Assembly: GCA_032718475.1 (NCBI GenBank)
Contig: JAUCBJ010004881.1
Location: forward strand, 1-58,563
Length of the DNA: 58,563 bases
Source: Nemertoderma westbladi
Lineage: Eukaryota > Animalia > Xenacoelomorpha
Reading direction: 5' to 3'
Part shown: positions 13,301 to 28,300 of the stretch, in pieces
Position numbering within the stretch: position 1 is the stretch's first letter
How the letters are laid out: each line of letters opens with the position of its first letter
Program-made: the position numbers and the translations under genes
Notes under the pieces: generated by a model
Told to the model about the DNA's origin: nothing
What the model saw: the letters and a program-made list of their open reading frames with translations, nothing else
Databases searched by the model: none

Positions 13301-16300
13301 AAGCAGGAACTATTCTATTAAACAACAAACAGCAGTATGTAATCTGGGTCTGGGAATAAGCAGGAACTATTCTATTAAACAACAAACAGCAGTATGGAAT
13401 CTGGGTCTGGGAATAAGCAGGAACTATTCTATTAAACAACAAACAGCAGTATGTAATCTGGGTCTGGGAATAAGCGGGAACTATTCCATCAAACAACAAA
13501 CAGCAGTATGGAATCTGGGTCTGGGAATAAGCAGGAACTATTCTATTAAACAACAAACAGCAGTATGGAATCTGGGTCTGGGAATAAGCAGGAACTATTC
13601 TATTAAACAACAAACAGCAGTATGTAATCTGAGTCGGGGAATAAGCAGGGACTATTCCATCAAACAATAAACAGCAGTATGGAATCTGGGTCTGGGAATA
13701 AGCGGGAACTATTCCATCAAACAACAAACAGCAGTATGGAATCTGGGTCTGGGAATAAGCAGGAACTATTCTATTAAACAACAAACAGCAGTATGGAATC
13801 TGGGTCTGGGAATAAGCAGGAACTATTCTATTAAACAACAAACAGCAGTATGGAATCTGGGTCTGGGAATAAGCAGGAACTATTCTATTAAACAACAAAC
13901 AGCAGTATGTAATCTGGGTCTGGGAATAAGCGGGAACTATTCCATCAAACAACAAACAGCAGTATGGAATCTGGGTCTGGGAATAAGCGGGAACTATTCC
14001 ATCAAACAACAAACAGCAGTATGGAATCTGGGTCTGGGAATAAGCAGGAACTATTCTATTAAACAACAAACAGCAGTATGGAATCTGGGTCTGGGAATAA
14101 GCAGGAACTATTCCATCAAACAACAAAGAGCAGTATGGAATCTGGGTCTGGGAATAAGCGGGAACTATTCCATCAAACAACAAACAACAGTATGGAATCT
14201 GGGTCTGGGAATAAGCGGGAACTATTCTATTAAACAACAAACAGCGGTATGGAATCTGGGTCATAGAATAAGCAGGAACTATTCCATCATACAACAAACA
14301 GCAGTATGGAATCTGGGTCTGGGAATAAGCAGGAACTATTCCATCAAACAACAAACAGCAGTATGTAATCTGGGTCTGGGAATAAGCAGGAACTATTCTA
14401 TTAAACAACAAACAGCAGTATGGAATCTGGGTCTGGGAATAAGCGGGAACTATTCTATTAAACAACAAACAGCAGTATGGAATCTGGGTCTGGGAATAAG
14501 CAGGAACTATTCCATCATACAACAAACAGCAGTATGGAATCTGGTTCTGGGAATAAGCGGGAACTATTCTATTAAACAACAAACAGCAGTATGGAATCTG
14601 GGTCTGGGAATAAGCAGGAACTATTCTATTAAACAACAAACAGCAGTATGGAATCTGGGTCTGGGAATAAGCAGGAACTATTCTATTAAACAACAAACAG
14701 CAGTATGGAATCTGGGTCTGGGAATAAGCAGGAACTATTCTATTAAACAACAAACAGCAGTATGTAATCTGGGTCTGGGAATAAGCGGGAACTATTCCAT
14801 CAAACAACAAACAGCAGTATGGAATCTGGGTCTGGGAATAAGCGGGAACTATTCCATCAAACAACAAACAGCAGTATGGAATCTGGGTCTGGGAATAAGC
14901 AGGAACTATTCTATTAAACAACAAACAGCAGTATGGAATCTGGGTCTGGGAATAAGCAGGAACTATTCCATCAAACAACAAAGAGCAGTATGGAATCTGG
15001 GTCTGGGAATAAGCGGGAACTATTCCATCAAACAACAAACAACAGTATGGAATCTGGGTCTGGGAATAAGCGGGAACTATTCTATTAAACAACAAACAGC
15101 GGTATGGAATCTGGGTCATAGAATAAGCAGGAACTATTCCATCATACAACAAACAGCAGTATGGAATCTGGGTCTGGGAATAAGCAGGAACTATTCCATC
15201 AAACAACAAACAGCAGTATGTAATCTGGGTCTGGGAATAAGCAGGAACTATTCTATTAAACAACAAACAGCAGTATGGAATCTGGGTCTGGGAATAAGCG
15301 GGAACTATTCTATTAAACAACAAACAGCAGTATGGAATCTGGGTCTGGGAATAAGCAGGAACTATTCCATCATACAACAAACAGCAGTATGGAATCTGGT
15401 TCTGGGAATAAGCGGGAACTATTCTATTAAACAACAAACAGCAGTATGGAATCTGGGTCTGGGAATAAGCAGGAACTATTCCATCATACAACAAACAGCA
15501 GTATGCAATCTGGGTCTGGGAATAAGCGGGAACTATTCTATTAAACAACAAACAGCAGTATGTAATCTGGGTCTGGGAATAAGCGGGAACTATTCCATCA
15601 AACAACAAACGGCAGGATGTAATCTGGGTCTGGGAATAAGCAGGAACTATTCTATTAAACAACAAACAGCAGTATGCAATCTGGGTCTGGGAATAGGCAG
15701 GAACTATTCCATCGAACAACAAACAGCAGTATGGAATCTGTGTCTGGGAATAAGCAGGAACTATTCCATCAAACAACAAACAGCAGTATGCAATCTGGGT
15801 CTGGGAATAAGCAGGAACTATTCTATTAAACAACAAACAGCAGTATGTAATCTGAGTCGGGGAATAAGCAGGAACTATTCCATCAAACAACAAACAGCAG
15901 TATGCAATCTGGGTCTGGGAATAAGCAGGAACTATTCTATTAAACAACAAACAGCAGTATGTAATCTGAGTCGGGGAATAAGCAGGAACTATTCCATCAA
16001 ACAACAAACAGCAGTATGCAATCTGGGTCTGGGAATAAGCAGGAACTATTCCATCGAACAACAAACAGCAGTATGGAATCTGTGTCTGGGAATAAGCAGG
16101 AACTATTCCATCAAACAACAAACAGCAGTATGTAATCTGGGTCTGGGAATAAGCAGGAATTATTCTATTAAACAACAAACAGCAGTATGTAATCTGAGTC
16201 GGGGAATAAGCAGGAACTATTCCATCATACAACAAACAGCAGTATGGAATCTGGGTCTGGCAGTATGGAATCTGGGTCTGGGAATAAGCAGGAACTATTC

Positions 16301-19300
16301 CATCATACAACAAACAGCAGTATGTAATCTGGGTCTGGGAATAAGCGGGAACTATTCCATCAAACAACAAACAGCAGTATGTAATCTGGGTCTGGGAATA
16401 AGCAGGAACTATTCCATCATACAACAAACAGCAGTATGGAATCTGTGTCTGGGAATAAGCGGGAACTATTCTATTAAACAACAAACAGCAGTATGCAATC
16501 TGGGTCTGGGAATAAGCAGGAACTATTCCATCGAACAACAAACAGCAGTATGGAATCTGTGTCTGGGAATAAGCAGGAACTATTCCATCAAACAACAAAC
16601 AGCAGTATGCAATCTGGGTCTGGGAATAAGCAGGAACTATTCTATTAAACAACAAACAGCAGTATGTAATCTGAGTCGGGGAATAAGCAGGAACTATTCC
16701 ATCAAACAACAAACAACAGTATGTAATCTGAGTCGGGGAATAAGCAGGAACTATTCCATCAAACAACAAACAGCAGTATGTAATCTGGGTCTGGGAATAA
16801 GCGGGAACTATTCCATCAAACAACAAACAGCAGTATGAAATCTGGGTCTGGGAATAAGCAGGAACTATTCTATTAAACAACAAACAGCAGTATGTAATCT
16901 GAGTCGGGGAATAAGCAGGAACTATTCCATCAAACAACAAACAACTATATGTAATCTGAGTCGGGGAATAAGCAGGAACTATTCCATCAAACAACAAACA
17001 GCAGTATGGAATCTAGGTCTGGGAATAAGCAGAAACTATTCCATTAAACAAGAAACAGCAGTATGGAATCTGGGTCTGGGAATAAGCAGGAACTATTCTA
17101 TTAAACAACAAACAGCAGTATGTAATCTGGGTCTGGGAATAAGCAGGAACTATTCTATTAAACAACAAACAGCAGTATGGAATCTGGGTCTGGGAATAAG
17201 CAGGAACTATTCTATTAAACAACAAACAGCAGTATGTAATCTGGGTCTGGGAATAAGCGGGAACTATTCCATCAAACAACAAACAGCAGTATGGAATCTG
17301 GGTCTGGGAATAAGCAGGAACTATTCTATTAAACAACAAACAGCAGTATGGAATCTGGGTCTGGGAATAAGCAGGAACTATTCTATTAAACAACAAACAG
17401 CAGTATGTAATCTGAGTCGGGGAATAAGCAGGGACTATTCCATCAAACAATAAACAGCAGTATGGAATCTGGGTCTGGGAATAAGCGGGAACTATTCCAT
17501 CAAACAACAAACAGCAGTATGGAATCTGGGTCTGGGAATAAGCAGGAACTATTCTATTAAACAACAAACAGCAGTATGGAATCTGGGTCTGGGAATAAGC
17601 AGGAACTATTCTATTAAACAACAAACAGCAGTATGGAATCTGGGTCTGGGAATAAGCAGGAACTATTCTATTAAACAACAAACAGCAGTATGTAATCTGG
17701 GTCTGGGAATAAGCGGGAACTATTCCATCAAACAACAAACAGCAGTATGGAATCTGGGTCTGGGAATAAGCAGGAACTATTCTATTAAACAACAAACAGC
17801 AGTATGAAATCTGGGTCTGGGAATAAGCAGGAACTATTCTATTAAACAACAAACAGCAGTATGGAATCTGGGTCTGGGAATAAGCAGGAACTATTCTATT
17901 AAACAACAAACAGCAGTATGGAATCTGGGTCTGGGAATAAGCGGGAACTATTCCATCAAACAACAAACAGCAGTATGGAATCTGGGTCTGGGAATAAGCA
18001 GGAACTATTCTATTAAACAACAAACAGCAGTATGGAATCTGGGTCTGGGAATAAGCAGGAACTATTCCATCAAACAACAAAGAGCAGTATGGAATCTGGG
18101 TCTGGGAATAAGCGGGAACTATTCCATCAAACAACAAACAACAGTATGGAATCTGGGTCTGGGAATAAGCGGGAACTATTCTATTAAACAACAAACAGCG
18201 GTATGGAATCTGGGTCATGGAATAAGCAGGAACTATTCCATCATACAACAAACAGCAGTATGGAATCTGGGTCTGGGAATAAGCAGGAACTATTCCATCA
18301 AACAACAAACAGCAGTATGTAATCTGGGTCTGGGAATAAGCAGGAACTATTCTATTAAACAACAAACAGCAGTATGGAATCTGGGTCTGGGAATAAGCGG
18401 GAACTATTCTATTAAACAACAAACAGCAGTATGGAATCTGGGTCTGGGAATAAGCAGGAACTATTCCATCATACAACAAACAGCAGTATGGAATCTGGTT
18501 CTGGGAATAAGCGGGAACTATTCTATTAAACAACAAACAGCAGTATGGAATCTGGGTCTGGGAATAAGCAGGAACTATTCCATCATACAACAAACAGCAG
18601 TATGCAATCTGGGTCTGGGAATAAGCGGGAACTATTCTATTAAACAACAAACAGCAGTATGTAATCTGGGTCTGGGAATAAGCGGGAACTATTCCATCAA
18701 ACAACAAACGGCAGGATGTAATCTGGGTCTGGGAATAAGCAGGAACTATTCTATTAAACAACAAACAGCAGTATGCAATCTGGGTCTGGGAATAGGCAGG
18801 AACTATTCCATCGAACAACAAACAGCAGTATGGAATCTGTGTCTGGGAATAAGCAGGAACTATTCCATCAAACAACAAACAGCAGTATGCAATCTGGGTC
18901 TGGGAATAAGCAGGAACTATTCTATTAAACAACAAACAGCAGTATGTAATCTGAGTCGGGGAATAAGCAGGAACTATTCCATCAAACAACAAACAGCAGT
19001 ATGCAATCTGGGTCTGGGAATAAGCAGGAACTATTCTATTAAACAACAAACAGCAGTATGTAATCTGAGTCGGGGAATAAGCAGGAACTATTCCATCAAA
19101 CAACAAACAGCAGTATGCAATCTGGGTCTGGGAATAAGCAGGAACTATTCCATCGAACAACAAACAGCAGTATGGAATCTGTGTCTGGGAATAAGCAGGA
19201 ACTATTCCATCAAACAACAAACAGCAGTATGTAATCTGGGTCTGGGAATAAGCAGGAATTATTCTATTAAACAACAAACAGCAGTATGTAATCTGAGTCG

Positions 19301-22300
19301 GGGAATAAGCAGGAACTATTCCATCATACAACAAACAGCAGTATGGAATCTGGGTCTGGCAGTATGGAATCTGGGTCTGGGAATAAGCAGGAACTATTCC
19401 ATCATACAACAAACAGCAGTATGTAATCTGGGTCTGGGAATAAGCGGGAACTATTCCATCAAACAACAAACAGCAGTATGTAATCTGGGTCTGGGAATAA
19501 GCAGGAACTATTCCATCATACAACAAACAGCAGTATGGAATCTGTGTCTGGGAATAAGCGGGAACTATTCTATTAAACAACAAACAGCAGTATGCAATCT
19601 GGGTCTGGGAATAAGCAGGAACTATTCCATCGAACAACAAACAGCAGTATGGAATCTGTGTCTGGGAATAAGCAGGAACTATTCCATCAAACAACAAACA
19701 GCAGTATGCAATCTGGGTCTGGGAATAAGCAGGAACTATTCTATTAAACAACAAACAGCAGTATGTAATCTGAGTCGGGGAATAAGCAGGAACTATTCCA
19801 TCAAACAACAAACAACAGTATGTAATCTGAGTCGGGGAATAAGCAGGAACTATTCCATCAAACAACAAACAGCAGTATGTAATCTGGGTCTGGGAATAAG
19901 CGGGAACTATTCCATCATACAACAAACAGCAGTATGGAATCTGTGTCTGGGAATAAGCGGTAACTATTCTATTAAACAACAAACAGCAGTATGCAATCTG
20001 GGTCTGGGAATAAGCAGGAACTATTCCATCGAACAACAAACAGCAGTATGGAATCTGTGTCTGGGAATAAGCAGGAACTATTCCATCAAACAACAAACAG
20101 CAGTATGCAATCTGGGTCTGGGAATAAGCAGGAACTATTCTATTAAACAACAAACAGCAGTATGTAATCTGAGTCGGGGAATAAGCAGGAACTATTCCAT
20201 CAAACAACAAACAGCAATATGCAATCTGGGTCTGGGAATAAGCAGGAACTATTCTATTAAACAACAAACAGCAGTATGTAATCTGAGTCGGGGAATAAGC
20301 AGGAACTATTCCATCAAACAACAAACAGCAGTATGCAATCTGGGTCTGGGAATAAGCAGGAACTATTCCATCGAACAACAAACAGCAGTATGGAATCTGT
20401 GTCTGGGAATAAGCAGGAACTATTCCATCAAACAACAAACAGCAGTATGCAATCTGGGTCTGGGAATAAGCAGGAACTATTCCATCGAACAACAAACAGC
20501 AGTATGGAATCTGTGTCTGGGAATAAGCAGGAACTATTCCATCAAACAACAAACAGCAGTATGTAATCTGGGTCTGGGAATAAGCAGGAATTATTCTATT
20601 AAACAACAAACAGCAGTATGTAATCTGAGTCGGGGAATAAGCAGGAACTATTCCATCAAACAACAAACAGCAGTATGCAATCTGGGTCTGGGAATAAGCA
20701 GGAACTATTCCATCAAACAACAAACAGCAGTATGCAATCTGGGTCTGGGAATAAGCAGGAACTATTCTATTAAACAACAAACAGCAGTATTTAATCTGAG
20801 TCGGGGAATAAGCAGGAACTATTCCATCAAACAACAAACAACAGTATGTAATCTGAGTCGGGGAATAAGCAGGAACTATTCCATCAAACAACAAACAGCA
20901 GTATGGAATCTGGGTCTGGGAATAAGCAGGAACTATTCCATCAAACAACAAACAGCAGTATGCAATCTGGGTCTGGGAATAAGCAGGAACTATTCTATTA
21001 AACAACAAACAGCAGTATGTAATCTGGGTCTGGGAATAAGCAGGAACTATTCTATTAAACAACAAACAGCAGTATGGAATCTGGGTCTGGGAATAAGCAG
21101 GAACTATTCTATTAAACAACAAACAGCAGTATGTAATCTGGGTCTGGGAATAAGCGGGAACTATTCCATCAAACAACAAACAGCAGTATGGAATCTGGGT
21201 CTGGGAATAAGCAGGAACTATTCTATTAAACAACAAACAGCAGTATGGAATCTGGGTCTGGGAATAAGCAGGAACTATTCTATTAAACAACAAACAGCAG
21301 TATGTAATCTGAGTCGGGGAATAAGCAGGGACTATTCCATCAAACAATAAACAGCAGTATGGAATCTGGGTCTGGGAATAAGCGGGAACTATTCCATCAA
21401 ACAACAAACAGCAGTATGGAATCTGGGTCTGGGAATAAGCAGGAACTATTCTATTAAACAACAAACAGCAGTATGGAATCTGGGTCTGGGAATAAGCAGG
21501 AACTATTCTATTAAACAACAAACAGCAGTATGGAATCTGGGTCTGGGAATAAGCAGGAACTATTCTATTAAACAACAAACAGCAGTATGTAATCTGGGTC
21601 TGGGAATAAGCGGGAACTATTCCATCAAACAACAAACAGCAGTATGGAATCTGGGTCTGGGAATAAGCAGGAACTATTCTATTAAACAACAAACAGCAGT
21701 ATGAAATCTGGGTCTGGGAATAAGCAGGAACTATTCTATTAAACAACAAACAGCAGTATGGAATCTGGGTCTGGGAATAAGCAGGAACTATTCTATTAAA
21801 CAACAAACAGCAGTATGGAATCTGGGTCTGGGAATAAGCGGGAACTATTCCATCAAACAACAAACAGCAGTATGGAATCTGGGTCTGGGAATAAGCAGGA
21901 ACTATTCTATTAAACAACAAACAGCAGTATGGAATCTGGGTCTGGGAATAAGCAGGAACTATTCCATCAAACAACAAAGAGCAGTATGGAATCTGGGTCT
22001 GGGAATAAGCGGGAACTATTCCATCAAACAACAAACAACAGTATGGAATCTGGGTCTGGGAATAAGCGGGAACTATTCTATTAAACAACAAACAGCGGTA
22101 TGGAATCTGGGTCATAGAATAAGCAGGAACTATTCCATCATACAACAAACAGCAGTATGGAATCTGGGTCTGGGAATAAGCAGGAACTATTCCATCAAAC
22201 AACAAACAGCAGTATGTAATCTGGGTCTGGGAATAAGCAGGAACTATTCTATTAAACAACAAACAGCAGTATGGAATCTGGGTCTGGGAATAAGCGGGAA

Positions 22301-25300
22301 CTATTCTATTAAACAACAAACAGCAGTATGGAATCTGGGTCTGGGAATAAGCAGGAACTATTCCATCATACAACAAACAGCAGTATGGAATCTGGTTCTG
22401 GGAATAAGCGGGAACTATTCTATTAAACAACAAACAGCAGTATGGAATCTGGGTCTGGGAATAAGCAGGAACTATTCCATCATACAACAAACAGCAGTAT
22501 GCAATCTGGGTCTGGGAATAAGCGGGAACTATTCTATTAAACAACAAACAGCAGTATGTAATCTGGGTCTGGGAATAAGCGGGAACTATTCCATCAAACA
22601 ACAAACGGCAGGATGTAATCTGGGTCTGGGAATAAGCAGGAACTATTCTATTAAACAACAAACAGCAGTATGCAATCTGGGTCTGGGAATAGGCAGGAAC
22701 TATTCCATCGAACAACAAACAGCAGTATGGAATCTGTGTCTGGGAATAAGCAGGAACTATTCCATCAAACAACAAACAGCAGTATGCAATCTGGGTCTGG
22801 GAATAAGCAGGAACTATTCTATTAAACAACAAACAGCAGTATGTAATCTGAGTCGGGGAATAAGCAGGAACTATTCCATCAAACAACAAACAGCAGTATG
22901 CAATCTGGGTCTGGGAATAAGCAGGAACTATTCTATTAAACAACAAACAGCAGTATGTAATCTGAGTCGGGGAATAAGCAGGAACTATTCCATCAAACAA
23001 CAAACAGCAGTATGCAATCTGGGTCTGGGAATAAGCAGGAACTATTCCATCGAACAACAAACAGCAGTATGGAATCTGTGTCTGGGAATAAGCAGGAACT
23101 ATTCCATCAAACAACAAACAGCAGTATGTAATCTGGGTCTGGGAATAAGCAGGAATTATTCTATTAAACAACAAACAGCAGTATGTAATCTGAGTCGGGG
23201 AATAAGCAGGAACTATTCCATCATACAACAAACAGCAGTATGGAATCTGGGTCTGGCAGTATGGAATCTGGGTCTGGGAATAAGCAGGAACTATTCCATC
23301 ATACAACAAACAGCAGTATGTAATCTGGGTCTGGGAATAAGCGGGAACTATTCCATCAAACAACAAACAGCAGTATGTAATCTGGGTCTGGGAATAAGCA
23401 GGAACTATTCCATCATACAACAAACAGCAGTATGGAATCTGTGTCTGGGAATAAGCGGGAACTATTCTATTAAACAACAAACAGCAGTATGCAATCTGGG
23501 TCTGGGAATAAGCAGGAACTATTCCATCGAACAACAAACAGCAGTATGGAATCTGTGTCTGGGAATAAGCAGGAACTATTCCATCAAACAACAAACAGCA
23601 GTATGCAATCTGGGTCTGGGAATAAGCAGGAACTATTCTATTAAACAACAAACAGCAGTATGTAATCTGAGTCGGGGAATAAGCAGGAACTATTCCATCA
23701 AACAACAAACAACAGTATGTAATCTGAGTCGGGGAATAAGCAGGAACTATTCCATCAAACAACAAACAGCAGTATGTAATCTGGGTCTGGGAATAAGCGG
23801 GAACTATTCCATCAAACAACAAACAGCAGTATGAAATCTGGGTCTGGGAATAAGCAGGAACTATTCTATTAAACAACAAACAGCAGTATGTAATCTGAGT
23901 CGGGGAATAAGCAGGAACTATTCCATCAAACAACAAACAACTATATGTAATCTGAGTCGGGGAATAAGCAGGAACTATTCCATCAAACAACAAACAGCAG
24001 TATGGAATCTAGGTCTGGGAATAAGCAGAAACTATTCCATTAAACAAGAAACAGCAGTATGGAATCTGGGTCTGGGAATAAGCAGGAACTATTCTATTAA
24101 ACAACAAACAGCAGTATGTAATCTGGGTCTGGGAATAAGCAGGAACTATTCTATTAAACAACAAACAGCAGTATGGAATCTGGGTCTGGGAATAAGCAGG
24201 AACTATTCTATTAAACAACAAACAGCAGTATGTAATCTGGGTCTGGGAATAAGCGGGAACTATTCCATCAAACAACAAACAGCAGTATGGAATCTGGGTC
24301 TGGGAATAAGCAGGAACTATTCTATTAAACAACAAACAGCAGTATGGAATCTGGGTCTGGGAATAAGCAGGAACTATTCTATTAAACAACAAACAGCAGT
24401 ATGTAATCTGAGTCGGGGAATAAGCAGGGACTATTCCATCAAACAATAAACAGCAGTATGGAATCTGGGTCTGGGAATAAGCGGGAACTATTCCATCAAA
24501 CAACAAACAGCAGTATGGAATCTGGGTCTGGGAATAAGCAGGAACTATTCTATTAAACAACAAACAGCAGTATGGAATCTGGGTCTGGGAATAAGCAGGA
24601 ACTATTCTATTAAACAACAAACAGCAGTATGGAATCTGGGTCTGGGAATAAGCAGGAACTATTCTATTAAACAACAAACAGCAGTATGTAATCTGGGTCT
24701 GGGAATAAGCGGGAACTATTCCATCAAACAACAAACAGCAGTATGGAATCTGGGTCTGGGAATAAGCAGGAACTATTCTATTAAACAACAAACAGCAGTA
24801 TGAAATCTGGGTCTGGGAATAAGCAGGAACTATTCTATTAAACAACAAACAGCAGTATGGAATCTGGGTCTGGGAATAAGCAGGAACTATTCTATTAAAC
24901 AACAAACAGCAGTATGGAATCTGGGTCTGGGAATAAGCGGGAACTATTCCATCAAACAACAAACAGCAGTATGGAATCTGGGTCTGGGAATAAGCAGGAA
25001 CTATTCTATTAAACAACAAACAGCAGTATGGAATCTGGGTCTGGGAATAAGCAGGAACTATTCCATCAAACAACAAAGAGCAGTATGGAATCTGGGTCTG
25101 GGAATAAGCGGGAACTATTCCATCAAACAACAAACAACAGTATGGAATCTGGGTCTGGGAATAAGCGGGAACTATTCTATTAAACAACAAACAGCGGTAT
25201 GGAATCTGGGTCATAGAATAAGCAGGAACTATTCCATCATACAACAAACAGCAGTATGGAATCTGGGTCTGGGAATAAGCAGGAACTATTCCATCAAACA

Positions 25301-28300
25301 ACAAACAGCAGTATGTAATCTGGGTCTGGGAATAAGCAGGAACTATTCTATTAAACAACAAACAGCAGTATGGAATCTGGGTCTGGGAATAAGCGGGAAC
25401 TATTCTATTAAACAACAAACAGCAGTATGGAATCTGGGTCTGGGAATAAGCAGGAACTATTCCATCATACAACAAACAGCAGTATGGAATCTGGTTCTGG
25501 GAATAAGCGGGAACTATTCTATTAAACAACAAACAGCAGTATGGAATCTGGGTCTGGGAATAAGCAGGAACTATTCCATCATACAACAAACAGCAGTATG
25601 CAATCTGGGTCTGGGAATAAGCGGGAACTATTCTATTAAACAACAAACAGCAGTATGTAATCTGGGTCTGGGAATAAGCGGGAACTATTCCATCAAACAA
25701 CAAACGGCAGGATGTAATCTGGGTCTGGGAATAAGCAGGAACTATTCTATTAAACAACAAACAGCAGTATGCAATCTGGGTCTGGGAATAGGCAGGAACT
25801 ATTCCATCGAACAACAAACAGCAGTATGGAATCTGTGTCTGGGAATAAGCAGGAACTATTCCATCAAACAACAAACAGCAGTATGCAATCTGGGTCTGGG
25901 AATAAGCAGGAACTATTCTATTAAACAACAAACAGCAGTATGTAATCTGAGTCGGGGAATAAGCAGGAACTATTCCATCAAACAACAAACAGCAGTATGC
26001 AATCTGGGTCTGGGAATAAGCAGGAACTATTCTATTAAACAACAAACAGCAGTATGTAATCTGAGTCGGGGAATAAGCAGGAACTATTCCATCAAACAAC
26101 AAACAGCAGTATGCAATCTGGGTCTGGGAATAAGCAGGAACTATTCCATCGAACAACAAACAGCAGTATGGAATCTGTGTCTGGGAATAAGCAGGAACTA
26201 TTCCATCAAACAACAAACAGCAGTATGTAATCTGGGTCTGGGAATAAGCAGGAATTATTCTATTAAACAACAAACAGCAGTATGTAATCTGAGTCGGGGA
26301 ATAAGCACGAACTATTCCATCATACAACAAACAGCAGTATGGAATCTGGGTCTGGCAGTATGGAATCTGGGTCTGGGAATAAGCAGGAACTATTCCATCA
26401 TACAACAAACAGCAGTATGTAATCTGGGTCTGGGAATAAGCGGGAACTATTCCATCAAACAACAAACAGCAGTATGTAATCTGGGTCTGGGAATAAGCAG
26501 GAACTATTCCATCATACAACAAACAGCAGTATGGAATCTGTGTCTGGGAATAAGCGGGAACTATTCTATTAAACAACAAACAGCAGTATGCAATCTGGGT
26601 CTGGGAATAAGCAGGAACTATTCCATCGAACAACAAACAGCAGTATGGAATCTGTGTCTGGGAATAAGCAGGAACTATTCCATCAAACAACAAACAGCAG
26701 TATGCAATCTGGGTCTGGGAATAAGCAGGAACTATTCTATTAAACAACAAACAGCAGTATGTAATCTGAGTCGGGGAATAAGCAGGAACTATTCCATCAA
26801 ACAACAAACAACAGTATGTAATCTGAGTCGGGGAATAAGCAGGAACTATTCCATCAAACAACAAACAGCAGTATGTAATCTGGGTCTGGGAATAAGCGGG
26901 AACTATTCCATCAAACAACAAACAGCAGTATGAAATCTGGGTCTGGGAATAAGCAGGAACTATTCTATTAAACAACAAACAGCAGTATGTAATCTGAGTC
27001 GGGGAATAAGCAGGAACTATTCCATCAAACAACAAACAACTATATGTAATCTGAGTCGGGGAATAAGCAGGAACTATTCCATCAATCAACAAACAGCAGT
27101 ATGGAATCTAGGTCTGGGAATAAGCAGAAACTATTCCATTAAACAAGAAACAGCAGTATGGAATCTGGGTCTGGGAATAAGCAGGAACTATTCTATTAAA
27201 CAACAAACAGCAGTATGTAATCTGGGTCTGGGAATAAGCAGGAACTATTCTATTAAACAACAAACAGCAGTATGGAATCTGGGTCTGGGAATAAGCAGGA
27301 ACTATTCTATTAAACAACAAACAGCAGTATGTAATCTGGGTCTGGGAATAAGCGGGAACTATTCCATCAAACAACAAACAGCAGTATGGAATCTGGGTCT
27401 GGGAATAAGCAGGAACTATTCTATTAAACAACAAACAGCAGTATGGAATCTGGGTCTGGGAATAAGCAGGAACTATTCTATTAAACAACAAACAGCAGTA
27501 TGTAATCTGAGTCGGGGAATAAGCAGGGACTATTCCATCAAACAATAAACAGCAGTATGGAATCTGGGTCTGGGAATAAGCGGGAACTATTCCATCAAAC
27601 AACAAACAGCAGTATGGAATCTGGGTCTGGGAATAAGCAGGAACTATTCTATTAAACAACAAACAGCAGTATGGAATCTGGGTCTGGGAATAAGCAGGAA
27701 CTATTCTATTAAACAACAAACAGCAGTATGGAATCTGGGTCTGGGAATAAGCAGGAACTATTCTATTAAACAACAAACAGCGCTATGGAATCTGGGTCTG
27801 GGAATAAGCAGGATCTATTCTATTAAACAACAAACAGCAGTATGGAATCTGGGTCTGGGAATAAGCGGGAACTATTCCATCAAACAACAAACAGCAGTAT
27901 GGAATCTGGGTCTGGGAATAAGCAGGAACTATTCTATTAAACAACAAACAGCAGTATGGAATCTGGGTCTGGGAATAAGCAGGAACTATTCCATCAAACA
28001 ACAAAGAGCAGTATGGAATCTGGGTCTGGGAATAAGCGGGAACTATTCCATCAAACAACAAACAGCAGTATGGAATCTGGGTCTGGGAATAAGCGGGAAC
28101 TATTCTATTAAACAACAAACAGCAGTATGAAATCTGGGTCTGGGAATAAGCAGGAACTATTCCATCATACAACAAACAGCAGTATGGAATCTGGGTCTGG
28201 GAATAAGCAGGAACTATTCCATCAAACAACAAACAGCAGTATGTAATCTGGGTCTGGGAATAAGCAGGAACTATTCTATTAAACAACAAACAGCACTATG

